Source of the DNA: Candidatus Falkowbacteria bacterium
GTDB lineage: Bacteria; Patescibacteriota; Patescibacteriia; Patescibacteriales; UBA12075
DNA length: 64,000 bases
NCBI GenBank assembly: GCA_043801965.1
Contig: JAZDLN010000027.1
Span: forward strand, 14,479-78,478
Direction of reading: 5' to 3'
A program made the translations under genes and the position numbers. The notes under the pieces are model-generated. The model was given only the letters and a program-made list of their open reading frames with translations, did not search any database and was not told the origin of the DNA. Every line of letters starts with the position of its first letter. The stretch's first letter is position 1. Positions 44,841 to 53,532 of the stretch are shown one piece after another.

Positions 44841-46388
44841 ATGATTTCTCTCGATTTATCTCCAATTTACGATTTTTTGAGCTTACCGGCCGACGTATTC
44901 CTCCTAAGGCTCATTATTCTTTTCGGATGGATACCGATATGCGTCATTATTCTCTTTAGCATAAAAGAGATTTGGATGCACTATATCAATATAAAGTGGG
45001 GTTCCGAACAGAAGTTCACTTTGCTGGCGATAGACATACCAAGGGGCAACGCCCAGTCGCCAAAAGCCGTGGAAAATATTTTTACTTATCTGGCCGGCGC
45101 CCAGCAAAGTCTTAATCTTATTGAAAAATATTGGATCGGTAAATTCCAGCTTTCGTTCAGCCTGGAAATAGTCGGCATTGACGGTTATACGCAATTTTTG
45201 ATATATACGCCGGTGATCTTTCGGGACCTGGTCGAATCCGCTATTTACTCGCAATATCCCGACGCTGAGATCACGGAAGTCAACGATTATACCCAGGAAG
45301 CGCCCAAAAGGTTTCCGGATGAAGAATACGATATTTGGGGCGCGGAGTTCATCCAGGTCAAAAGTCCGGCGTATCCGATAAAATTATACGAAGAATTCAT
45401 CCATTTATTCGGCGAACCCGAGGAGCAGTTCAAGGATCCGATGGCTTCGTTGATGGACCTTTATTCAAGCCTTAAGTCCGGAGAGCAGATCTGGTTCCAG
45501 ATAATAATCACCCCGATAGATTTTTCCTGGACCGCGATGTCCGACGGCGAGGTCGGAAAAATATTAGGAGAAAAAAAGAAGGCGGACGGGCTCATCGATA
45601 AAACCATAAAGCTCTTAACCGATTCTCTCTGGTCGATGGGTGAAATAATATATAAAACCGGAGCGACGGAGGTCAAGAAGAAGGAGGACGAATCCCTGAA
45701 AATGTTCAATCTGAAACCGAAAGAAAGAAAGCAGATAGAATCCATCCAGCTTAAATCCGCCAAAGTGGGGTTCGGTTCTAAAATGAGGTTTATTTATTTA
45801 AGCAAGAAAGAGATCATGAACAAGCCGAAGGCCTTAAACGGCTTTGTCGGTTATATGAAGCAATTCGCGGCCCTGGATCTTAATAATTTAAAACCGGATA
45901 CGAAAGTGACCGGCACCTCCGCCCAATATTTTTTTACCGGCCTGCGGCTTAAATGGAAGAAAAACAAGATCATGAGCTATTATGTCAGCCGGGACGGATT
46001 TTCCGGTAAAAGTCCCGGTATTTTAAATATTGAGGAATTGGCGACTATTTGGCACTTTCCGGTTGAGGCGGTCGTAAAGGCGCCCTTGATCCAGAAAACC
46101 CCGGGCCGTAAAGCCGAGCCGCCCATGTCCTTGCCGCTGGTTGAGGAGGGGGCAAGTAACGAAGAGATCTTCAGCCGTCCCGCCAAAGCGAGAGGGATAA
46201 GGCCGCGGCCGGACCAGTTTTCGCAGGATGCTCCGGAGGAGGGGGACCGAAAATTAAAAACCGTCGAATATGGCCGCCGCGATAACGGCCTGGCCGATGA
46301 TATCTTCGGTGAACCCGAAGAAAAACCGGTTAAAAAGGAACCGCCTAACGTAAAAGGCTCCCCGCCGGAAAATTTACCAGTCAGTTAA
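44841..46388 (+). CDS. hypothetical membrane-anchored protein, upstream partner of the TraD/VirD4-like ATPase
   Basis: 515 aa. N-terminal hydrophobic segment(s) (LLRLIILFGWIPICVIILF), then a large soluble domain and a charged tail. No family recognised. Confidence 0.6.
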   Translation: MISLDLSPIYDFLSLPADVFLLRLIILFGWIPICVIILFSIKEIWMHYINIKWGSEQKFTLLAIDIPRGNAQSPKAVENIFTYLAGAQQSLNLIEKYWIGKFQLSFSLEIVGIDGYTQFLIYTPVIFRDLVESAIYSQYPDAEITEVNDYTQEAPKRFPDEEYDIWGAEFIQVKSPAYPIKLYEEFIHLFGEPEEQFKDPMASLMDLYSSLKSGEQIWFQIIITPIDFSWTAMSDGEVGKILGEKKKADGLIDKTIKLLTDSLWSMGEIIYKTGATEVKKKEDESLKMFNLKPKERKQIESIQLKSAKVGFGSKMRFIYLSKKEIMNKPKALNGFVGYMKQFAALDLNNLKPDTKVTGTSAQYFFTGLRLKWKKNKIMSYYVSRDGFSGKSPGILNIEELATIWHFPVEAVVKAPLIQKTPGRKAEPPMSLPLVEEGASNEEIFSRPAKARGIRPRPDQFSQDAPEEGDRKLKTVEYGRRDNGLADDIFGEPEEKPVKKEPPNVKGSPPENLPVS

Positions 46389-46473
46389 AATCCTGATGCG
46401 CTTTTTTAGAATAATTTAATTTTTGCGTGATATAAAGAGTAAAACCGGAGACTTTAAATTCAATCCAAAAAAT

Positions 46474-48564
46474 ATGTCCGATAACGAAGTAACAATTTTC
46501 GCCGAAACCACTTTCAGGAACAAACGCCAGAAATTCGGCATTAAAAAAGATGACCGCCGCCGCCATATGTACCTGATCGGCAAAACCGGCATGGGAAAAT
46601 CCACTATCCTTGAGAATATGATCGTGGAAGATATACGCGCCGGCCGGGGAGTGGCCGTGGTCGACCCGCACGGCGATCTGGCGGAAAAAGTGATCCAGTA
46701 CATTCCTAATAATCGGATCAATGACGTAATTTATTTTAATCCGTCGGACTTTGATTATCCGATCGCCTTTAACGTCGTCGAGCATGTCGAACCGCAGTTC
46801 CGTCATCTTGTGGCCTCGGGTCTTATCGGGGTCTTTAAGAAGCTGTGGGCCGATTCCTGGGGCCCCAGGCTTGAGTATATCCTTCGCAATACTATTTTGG
46901 CTATTTTGGACTATCCGGGCTCGACCCTGTTGGCCGTTATCCGGATGCTATCGGATAAGAAATTCCGCAAAAAAGTCATCGAAAAGATTCAGGATCCGGT
47001 CGTTAAATCATTCTGGGTGAACGAATTCGCCGGTTACGCGGATAAGTTCGCCTCGGAAGCGGTTTCGCCAATACAAAACAAGGTCGGTCAATTCCTCTCC
47101 ACTTCGCTCATAAGAAACATTATCGGTCAGGTAAAATCGACCATAGACATGCGCAAGATCATGGACGAAGGCAAGATATTGATACTTAACCTTTCTAAGG
47201 GCCGGATCGGAGAAGACAGCTCTTCCCTGCTTGGCTCGATGATGATCACGAAGATCCAGCTGGCCGCCATGAGCCGGGTGGATATACCGGAAAATGAGAG
47301 GCGCGATTTCTACCTTTACATCGACGAGTTCCAGAATTTTACGACGGAAAGTTTCGCCAATATCCTGTCCGAAGCCCGGAAATATCGTCTTAACCTTATT
47401 ATGGCCCACCAATACATCGAACAATTGGGTGAAATCGTCAAACCGGCTGTTTTCGGCAATGTCGGCACGCTTATCGTACACCGGGTGGGCGCGGCGGATG
47501 CCGAGGAGCTGGTACAGGAGTTCGCGCCGGTTTTTACCGAAGAGGATATTGTTAATTTGCCCAAATACGAAATATATCTTAAATTGATGATCGATGGGAT
47601 CGCGTCCGAGCCGTTTTCCGCCCGCGGACTGGCGCCGTTATCCAAGGAAGAGGTTGAGGGCAATCTGGAAAAGGTGATAAGCGTCAGCCGGGAAAGATAC
47701 GCCCGGGAAAGAGCGGCCGTGGAAGAGAAGATCGCGCGTTGGCACAGTAACGACGAAGATGAAGAGCGGGAAGAGGGCAATGGCGGAAGGAATATCGCGA
47801 ACAGCGCTCCGGCGGCGCATTTTCACGCTAAAAACGAAAAAACGGACGATGATGACGTTTATAAATTCGCTACCGCTTGTTCGCGCTGCGGCCGGGAAAC
47901 GAAAACTTCATTCAAACCCGACGGCATCCGCCCGGTTTACTGCAAAGACTGTTTATCGCTCGCCCGGGAAGAAAAAAAACGGGAAATAGAAGACAGGAAA
48001 AAGGCCAAAGACGAGGAATTGAGCAGATTGGAAGCCGTATCCGTTCCCGCCCCCGTATATCCCGATCCCGGCGAACGAAGCGGACCGAAGGCGCCCTTTG
48101 TCCGTAATGAACCGGTACGTCCCTCCCCGCTTCCGCCGCCGCGGCCGGATGATCAGAAACCGGAAGAAAACGGCCTGTCGTTACGCGAAGTCTTAAAAAT
48201 AGAGCCGGTAAAGTTCAGTCAGGCCGTAAAGGAAGCCGGGCGCGCGCCCGTAAATTTAAGCCCCGAGCGGAAAAACGTTTTCCCCGCCCGACCCGAAACG
48301 AATTACCGCCAAGACCATCAGCCGCAACCTCGGTACGCGTCCAATAACAGGGGTTACGGACAAAGACCTTACGTTAACCGCGAAGAACCCAGGCGGGATA
48401 ACCGCGCGACCGGCTATAATCAGCGACCGAGACAGAATAATCCTGAGCCTAAACGTGAAAATTACGTCCCGACAAATCGTAATTACCGCGCCGAGAATGA
48501 CCGGAAAGGGGCCGGTAACAACGGAGAGGGAGAGCTAAAGGAGGGAGAGAACATCGAAATGTAA
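46474..48564 (+). CDS. TraD/VirD4-like (T4SS coupling-protein family) ATPase with C-terminal CxxC-x17-CxxC zinc ribbon and disordered tail
   Basis: Walker A GKTGMGKST, Walker B YLYIDEFQNF, ARKYRLNLIMAHQ. CSRC-17 residues-CKDC at 47878-47952. The last ~200 aa are R/P/N/Y-rich. No TM segment. The ATG at 46474 is preferred over the TTG at 46423. Confidence 0.78.
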   Translation: MSDNEVTIFAETTFRNKRQKFGIKKDDRRRHMYLIGKTGMGKSTILENMIVEDIRAGRGVAVVDPHGDLAEKVIQYIPNNRINDVIYFNPSDFDYPIAFNVVEHVEPQFRHLVASGLIGVFKKLWADSWGPRLEYILRNTILAILDYPGSTLLAVIRMLSDKKFRKKVIEKIQDPVVKSFWVNEFAGYADKFASEAVSPIQNKVGQFLSTSLIRNIIGQVKSTIDMRKIMDEGKILILNLSKGRIGEDSSSLLGSMMITKIQLAAMSRVDIPENERRDFYLYIDEFQNFTTESFANILSEARKYRLNLIMAHQYIEQLGEIVKPAVFGNVGTLIVHRVGAADAEELVQEFAPVFTEEDIVNLPKYEIYLKLMIDGIASEPFSARGLAPLSKEEVEGNLEKVISVSRERYARERAAVEEKIARWHSNDEDEEREEGNGGRNIANSAPAAHFHAKNEKTDDDDVYKFATACSRCGRETKTSFKPDGIRPVYCKDCLSLAREEKKREIEDRKKAKDEELSRLEAVSVPAPVYPDPGERSGPKAPFVRNEPVRPSPLPPPRPDDQKPEENGLSLREVLKIEPVKFSQAVKEAGRAPVNLSPERKNVFPARPETNYRQDHQPQPRYASNNRGYGQRPYVNREEPRRDNRATGYNQRPRQNNPEPKRENYVPTNRNYRAENDRKGAGNNGEGELKEGENIEM

Positions 48565-48701
48565 ATCATAGATTTTAGATACCTGATCATCGCGGAATAG
48601 GGGAGTTCCGGAGGATTTTTTTTATTTATGCAAAATTTATATTCCATAAGCACGTTTCCCGTTTTTTATTTTTTTGGAATTTATTCCTGCTTATAGTCCC
48701 T

Positions 48702-49238
48702 TTGTTGGCTTATTTGGCATTGCGCCGGTTCTGGGAAAAGTACGGATTCGGCGGGATTTACAAAAAGATCATAGCCGGAATATTGTTTTTAATCTGGCTT
48801 TTATTCATGCCGAATGCCGCGTACGTGATCACGGATATTAAACACCTGTTTTCCGGATGCGGATTGAATTATTACCAGATCTGTCCGGAAAGCGTCTGGA
48901 CGATTTTTTTCCTTTTCGCTTACGCCTCTTTCGGCTGGGTAGCTTTCGTTTTACTCCTTGATAGCATGAAGAATCTGATCGAAAAGTTCGCGGGCGGGAA
49001 AACCGCCGTGTTTTTTGTTTTTGCCGTTATACCGCTGCTGTCTTTAGGAATTCTTCTTGGCCTGATCGAGCGCTGGAACAGCTGGGATTTTTTTGTCAGT
49101 CCCGGAATAATATTTGCCCATATTTGGGCTTATGGAACGGACCTGAATCGATTCTTAAACTGGCTTCTAACCGCGGTTTTTTTGTATATTTTATACTTTG
49201 GGGGAAATTATCTCTTTGGCGGCAAGAATAAACCCTAG
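48702..49238 (+). CDS. DUF1361-like membrane protein (5' end uncertain)
   Basis: MPNAAYVITDIKHL and a multi-TM pattern. The same frame is open upstream to 48579 and encodes a TM (FLFFWNLFLLIVPLLAY), but it has no ATG/GTG/TTG start before 48702. Confidence 0.6.
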   Translation: MLAYLALRRFWEKYGFGGIYKKIIAGILFLIWLLFMPNAAYVITDIKHLFSGCGLNYYQICPESVWTIFFLFAYASFGWVAFVLLLDSMKNLIEKFAGGKTAVFFVFAVIPLLSLGILLGLIERWNSWDFFVSPGIIFAHIWAYGTDLNRFLNWLLTAVFLYILYFGGNYLFGGKNKP

Positions 49239-49256
49239 AAAAAACTATATATATCT

Positions 49257-50834
49257 ATGGATTATTTAAAAATCGGGCAAGCTGGCGAACTTAAGGGTAG
49301 GGACAGGAAACTTTACCGGGCTTTCGAGATATTGCCGGGAATTTTGTCGTGGACAACGCTTATCGGTTTGACCGTTTTATCGTATTTTCAACCGATATTC
49401 GTCGCCTTTTTTATTATCGCTTTTGATGTTTACTGGCTTCTCCTGGTGCTCTTCCTGGGTATCCATCTTCTGGTTTCTTATTACCGCATGAAGAACGGAT
49501 TATCCGCCGACTGGCGTTTGCTTTGCGAGAATCTGCCGGTACGCGCCATCAGGATCAATGACGCGAGATCGGGACAAGCCGCGGAAAAAGAAATGGTCTG
49601 GACGGACATTCTGCATCTGGTGATCTTTCCCTTCAGCTTCGAAGAGTACGAAGTGATCGCCCAAAGCCTTAAAGCCATTACGGAGAGCGGCTATCCTTTA
49701 AATAAGATCATTCTCGTTCTAGGCGCCGAAGAACGGGCCGGAGCTGACGGCCTCGAACGGGCGGAGAGGGCCAGAAAGGAATTCGGGCCGCTTTTCCGTA
49801 ATTTTCTCGTAACCGTGCATCCGGACGGCCGAGAGGGCGAGATCAAAGGCAAGGGGCCGAATCAGGCCTGGGCCGCGAAAGAGGCTAAAGCCAGGATAAT
49901 CGACCCGGAGGGGATCGATCAGGATAAGATATTGGTAAGCGTTTTCGATATCGACACCGTGATCTATAAGGATTATTTTTACTGCCTGACGCACAGGTTC
50001 CTGACCGCCGACGAACCGCATCGGTCGAGCTATCAGCCGATCCCGGTTTATCACAACAATCTTTGGCAAGCTCCTTTCTTCGCGCGGGTGGCGGCTTCTT
50101 CGAATACTTTCTGGCAGATGATGCAGCAGATCAGGCAGGAAAAACTGGCGACCTACTCATCGCACGCCATGACCTGGCGGACGCTTAATGATATCGGCTT
50201 CTGGTCGACTTCGATGGTCAGCGAGGATTCCAGGATCTTCTGGCACAGTTTTTGCTACTACAACGGCGATTACCGGGTGGTGCCCCTGCACTATCCGGTG
50301 TCGATGGACGTCTGCATGGATGAAACCATGTTCGAGAGCGCCCGGAATCTATATAAGCAGCAGCGCCGCTGGGGGTGGGGGGTGGAGAACGTGCCGTATC
50401 TCCTTTTTAACGCCCTGAAAAACCGGAAAACAATACCGAAAGGAAAATTCTTAAGCCGGATATTCGTGCAGGTTTACGGCTTTCATTCCTGGGCCACTAA
50501 CGCGCTTATTATCGGCGTGATCGGCTGGCTGCCTATGCTATTGGGAGGCGACCGTTTTAACGCGACCGTGCTTTCGACGAATCTGCCGGTGGTCACGAGA
50601 ACGCTTATGATGATCGCCATGTCCGGCTTGATCCTTTCGGCGATCATTTCCACTTTGCTTTTGCCTCCAAGGCCGAAAAATTACGGAGCGGTCAGGAACG
50701 CGGTCATGGTTCTGCAGTGGCTGATCCTGCCGGTAAGCATTATTATTTTCGGCGCGGTTCCGGGACTGGACGCGCAAACCCGGCTCATGTTCGGGAAATA
50801 TCTGGGTTTCTGGGTAACGCCGAAGAGGCGGTAG
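49257..50834 (+). CDS. membrane-embedded family-2 glycosyltransferase (processive type, QxxRW)
   Basis: N- and C-terminal TM bundles around a GT-A domain. DID (VFDIDTV) and QQRRWGWG motifs. Confidence 0.75.
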   Translation: MDYLKIGQAGELKGRDRKLYRAFEILPGILSWTTLIGLTVLSYFQPIFVAFFIIAFDVYWLLLVLFLGIHLLVSYYRMKNGLSADWRLLCENLPVRAIRINDARSGQAAEKEMVWTDILHLVIFPFSFEEYEVIAQSLKAITESGYPLNKIILVLGAEERAGADGLERAERARKEFGPLFRNFLVTVHPDGREGEIKGKGPNQAWAAKEAKARIIDPEGIDQDKILVSVFDIDTVIYKDYFYCLTHRFLTADEPHRSSYQPIPVYHNNLWQAPFFARVAASSNTFWQMMQQIRQEKLATYSSHAMTWRTLNDIGFWSTSMVSEDSRIFWHSFCYYNGDYRVVPLHYPVSMDVCMDETMFESARNLYKQQRRWGWGVENVPYLLFNALKNRKTIPKGKFLSRIFVQVYGFHSWATNALIIGVIGWLPMLLGGDRFNATVLSTNLPVVTRTLMMIAMSGLILSAIISTLLLPPRPKNYGAVRNAVMVLQWLILPVSIIIFGAVPGLDAQTRLMFGKYLGFWVTPKRR

Positions 50835-50920
50835 TATTAAGTATTTAGTATTAAGCAATCCGTCTTTTGGCGGGTTTTTTTATTGCCCTCACTCCAACTC
50901 TCCCGAAACGTCGGGATCAG

Positions 50921-51025
50921 CACCCCTCTCCGGTACCAAACCCTCTCCCCGCCTCGCTACGCTCAGCACCCCTCTCCGGTACCGGAGAGGGGTCGACGAA
51001 CGAAGAGAGCCGGGGGAGAGGGCGG
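50921..51025. repeat. Nested GC-rich palindromes (CCCCTCTCCGGTACCGGAGAGGGG) at the left edge of the GC-rich island
   Basis: cacccctctccggtacc occurs twice (50921-50937, 50967-50983). Perfect 24-nt palindrome at 50969-50992. Outer arms are ccctctccccgcc (50941-50953) and gccgggggagagggcgg (51009-51025). Confidence 0.85.
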
Positions 51026-51078
51026 TAAACTTATTTTTTGTTTTATTTTAGCCTAAATAAAATGTACTCCGCTTGTTC

Positions 51079-51107
51079 TTGACAAAAATATATAAATATG
51101 CTATATT
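51079..51107 (+). promoter_or_regulatory. near-consensus sigma70 promoter of island ORF A
   Basis: TTGACA, 17-nt spacer, TATATT. Predicted leader of about 195 nt before the ATG at 51310. Confidence 0.65.
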
Positions 51108-51309
51108 TATATATTGTACCTTACAATGATATTCCGTTGTCTAACCTGGATTCTTGTAAATTCGGCTTATGTAAACAGCAAAAAGAAGTAATAAGTTTAT
51201 AAGGCACCGCAGCGTTTAAGATTTGCGAGAAATTGAATTACGAGAATTCGGGTGAGGCAACGGGATCTATATATACATAACATAAATTATTTTTTGAAGG
51301 GAGAGCGTC

Positions 51310-52764
51310 ATGAAAAAAGAAGATTTGTCGGTAAAGACGGTTGAGACCCTGCGTGTGATGGCCACTGAGGCCAAAATCACCGGACGTTCCAAGATGAACA
51401 AGGCGGCCCTCGTGGAGGCTCTGGCGGCATACTGCGCCAGTATGGCCCCTGAGACCCCCGCACCGACCGAAACCACGGCCCGGATCATTACCAAGCCGGA
51501 AGCGCCGATCGCGCCGCCGGCACCGAAGCCTGCTCTCCCCACTCCTTGGCATGAACTGCTCGCGCAGGCGAGCCGGATCGTACGGGAAAACCCCGGACGG
51601 GAACGGGAGGACTTGGTCGATGCTCTGCACTACGCCCCAGGCGTAGTGGGGCAAATCCCGGAATTGACCAAGGCCGTGGCCACCGCCCTCTCTTACGAGC
51701 GGGCCTTGGAAGCGGCCCGAAATCGGATCGGAAACAACCTCCTGTCGAATAATATTGAGCAGGAGGCGGCCAACATCTCCAAAAGCGTTTTCTGCTCTCC
51801 GGCCCAAGCCAAGAAGGCCATTTTCGAGGTTCAGAATGAAAATGCGGAGAGCAAGAAGGCCAAGGCGGAGGATTTCGATGATCTGTTGAAGCTGACCAGA
51901 AAGTACATTACCGTCAGAATTGCCGGTAATTTCAATCCGGACGTCAAGAACGAGGTTTTCCGGGCCACCCAGCAGGTCGTTGAAGAGTTTTACGGAAGAA
52001 AGCGTCTTGGAAATGAAGAATTCCGCGCCTTCATGGCCGCAGTCCGGAATGTTCTTAAAGAGGTCAGAGCAAAGCTCGCGGCCGATCGTGAACAGGCGGC
52101 CAAAGATAAGGCTGCCCGGGAGGCCGAAGAAAAGGCCAAGGTCGTCGCCCGGGAGAAATCCCGGCAGGAGCGTCTTGCCCTGATCAAGGACCGGATGGTC
52201 TTCGTCCGGCCCATCGGCAGTACCATGAACGGCTTCCCGGTTTTTACGGTCGAGTCCAAGGACGAAGCCGGAATGATCTTTTCCGATCAGGAGAAGAGCC
52301 ACGGCAAGGACCGGGTAACGGTCATGATCGGTGACGAATACTACACCGTCACTCGCGACGGTAAAGGCGGACGGCTGGATTTCGCGCCCACTTCCAACCT
52401 GGAAGCGGCCACCCGCAAACCAGCCCCGGCCCGCAATGCCACCGCCGCTACCCCGGCCCCGGCCCCGGCAATCACTCTGCCGCCGCTCCAGACCCAGATG
52501 TGGGTCACGGCCGCTGACCGGAAAGTCGGCACCATCCGCGCCCATGTTCTTATGGGCGTAAACGGCACCGACGCGAACACCTTGTTCGCGGGTCTCGCCG
52601 GCAAGATCAAAGTCGGCGACTATCTGGCCTGCGTCAACGGCAAAGCCGTTTCCATGCTTTACCGCATGGACGAAAAGGCCTTAGCCGCTATCGGCAACGG
52701 CCGCCAGGCGACCCTGGAGGAGAAAAGGGCCGCCAAAGCCGCTCAGTGTCATTCTGGAGCGTAG
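51310..52764 (+). CDS. hypothetical protein (GC-rich island ORF A) with Rho_N/HeH-like N-terminus
   Basis: 484 aa. AAGGGAG lies upstream of the ATG and third positions are GC-rich. N-terminus LSVKTVETLRVMATEAKITGRSKMNKAALVEAL resembles the Rho_N/SAP-like fold. P/A/T-rich linkers. Otherwise unrecognised. Confidence 0.7.
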   Translation: MKKEDLSVKTVETLRVMATEAKITGRSKMNKAALVEALAAYCASMAPETPAPTETTARIITKPEAPIAPPAPKPALPTPWHELLAQASRIVRENPGREREDLVDALHYAPGVVGQIPELTKAVATALSYERALEAARNRIGNNLLSNNIEQEAANISKSVFCSPAQAKKAIFEVQNENAESKKAKAEDFDDLLKLTRKYITVRIAGNFNPDVKNEVFRATQQVVEEFYGRKRLGNEEFRAFMAAVRNVLKEVRAKLAADREQAAKDKAAREAEEKAKVVAREKSRQERLALIKDRMVFVRPIGSTMNGFPVFTVESKDEAGMIFSDQEKSHGKDRVTVMIGDEYYTVTRDGKGGRLDFAPTSNLEAATRKPAPARNATAATPAPAPAITLPPLQTQMWVTAADRKVGTIRAHVLMGVNGTDANTLFAGLAGKIKVGDYLACVNGKAVSMLYRMDEKALAAIGNGRQATLEEKRAAKAAQCHSGA

Positions 52765-52855
52765 CGAAGCGGAGCGATAGAATCTCGTTAAGATTTTACG
52801 GGATGCTATCAGTCGCTCCTTTCGTCGCTCCTTCCAGCATGACAAACAACTAACC

Positions 52856-52902
52856 CGCCCCGGCATACGCAAAATACGCGTATGACCGGGGCGATTTTTT
52901 TT
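52856..52902 (+). terminator. strong rho-independent terminator
   Basis: cgccccggcatacgc / gcgtatgaccggggcg stem (one bulge) followed by T8. Confidence 0.85.
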
Positions 52903-52918
52903 GCCCTTTACCCCCGGA

Positions 52919-52954
52919 CCCCTCTCCCGCGCCTGCGGCGGCGTGGGAGAGGGG
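52919..52954. repeat. CCCCTCTCCC...GGGAGAGGGG hairpin (REP-like family)
   Basis: 10-bp arms at 52919-52928 and 52945-52954. Confidence 0.75.
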
Positions 52955-53081
52955 AGCTTGCCAAAAAAGCGCAAGGCGGGAGGAGTTGTTTCGGCTTCAC
53001 AGGCTTAAATATTATTAAGTGAACGAGCGGTCAAATACGCGATTAACACTATTTATATACCTTTAACGTTTTACTCTAGTT

Positions 53082-53138
53082 CCCTCTCCCTGGACACCGC
53101 TAGTCAAGGGAGAGGGTGGCCGAAGGCCGGGTGAGGGC
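53082..53138. repeat. REP-like element: CCCTCTCCCT...AGGGAGAGGG hairpin plus conserved 31-mer
   Basis: Arms at 53082-53091 and 53107-53116. The 31-mer 53108-53138 is identical to 38897-38927. Confidence 0.85.
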
Positions 53139-53182
53139 TAATATTAAATAAAAAATAATATTAAAATTATATTAAAAATTTC

Positions 53183-53211
53183 TTGACAGTACCTATGAAA
53201 TATGTTATGAT
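53183..53211 (+). promoter_or_regulatory. near-consensus sigma70 promoter (extended -10) of island ORF B unit
   Basis: TTGACA, 17-nt spacer ending TGt, TATGAT. Confidence 0.65.
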
Positions 53212-53343
53212 GTGGGATAAACCATTTCCCTGTAATTTGTATTCATGTTTTACTTCGGTAAATTTTATTGCAGTAAAACATGGATGCAAACTATCCATTA
53301 TCAATAAAAATAAAAACAAGAAGAAAAAGTGAAGGAGAAAAAG

Positions 53344-53472
53344 ATGAAGCCACAGGAAGAAAAGAAATCGCAAAAAAAAGAAACACCGCGGCAATCGTGC
53401 CTTGATTGCCCTCTCACGAAGAACTCCAAAGGGGAATGCAATCCGACCTATTGCCCCAACATCAACCAGTAA
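53344..53472 (+). CDS. candidate Cys-rich micro-protein (42 aa)
   Basis: Hand-translated MKPQEEKKSQKKETPRQSCLDCPLTKNSKGECNPTYCPNINQ. Strong AAGGAG lies 7 nt upstream of the ATG. CxxC...Cx5C pattern. Below the ORF-track cutoff. Confidence 0.45.
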   Translation: MKPQEEKKSQKKETPRQSCLDCPLTKNSKGECNPTYCPNINQ

Positions 53473-53532
53473 GATCTTTACAATCAAAAACCCAACAACA
53501 CAACGATTTTTTAAAAAGAAAGGAAGTGTCTT

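Noticed and set aside
51238-52545. 435-aa minus-strand ORF (plus several 70-90-aa ORFs) antisense to island ORF A
   Set aside because: Long antisense ORFs are expected in GC-rich DNA. The translation is G/R-rich low complexity. The sense frame has GC-rich third positions, an SD and a recognisable N-terminal fold motif.
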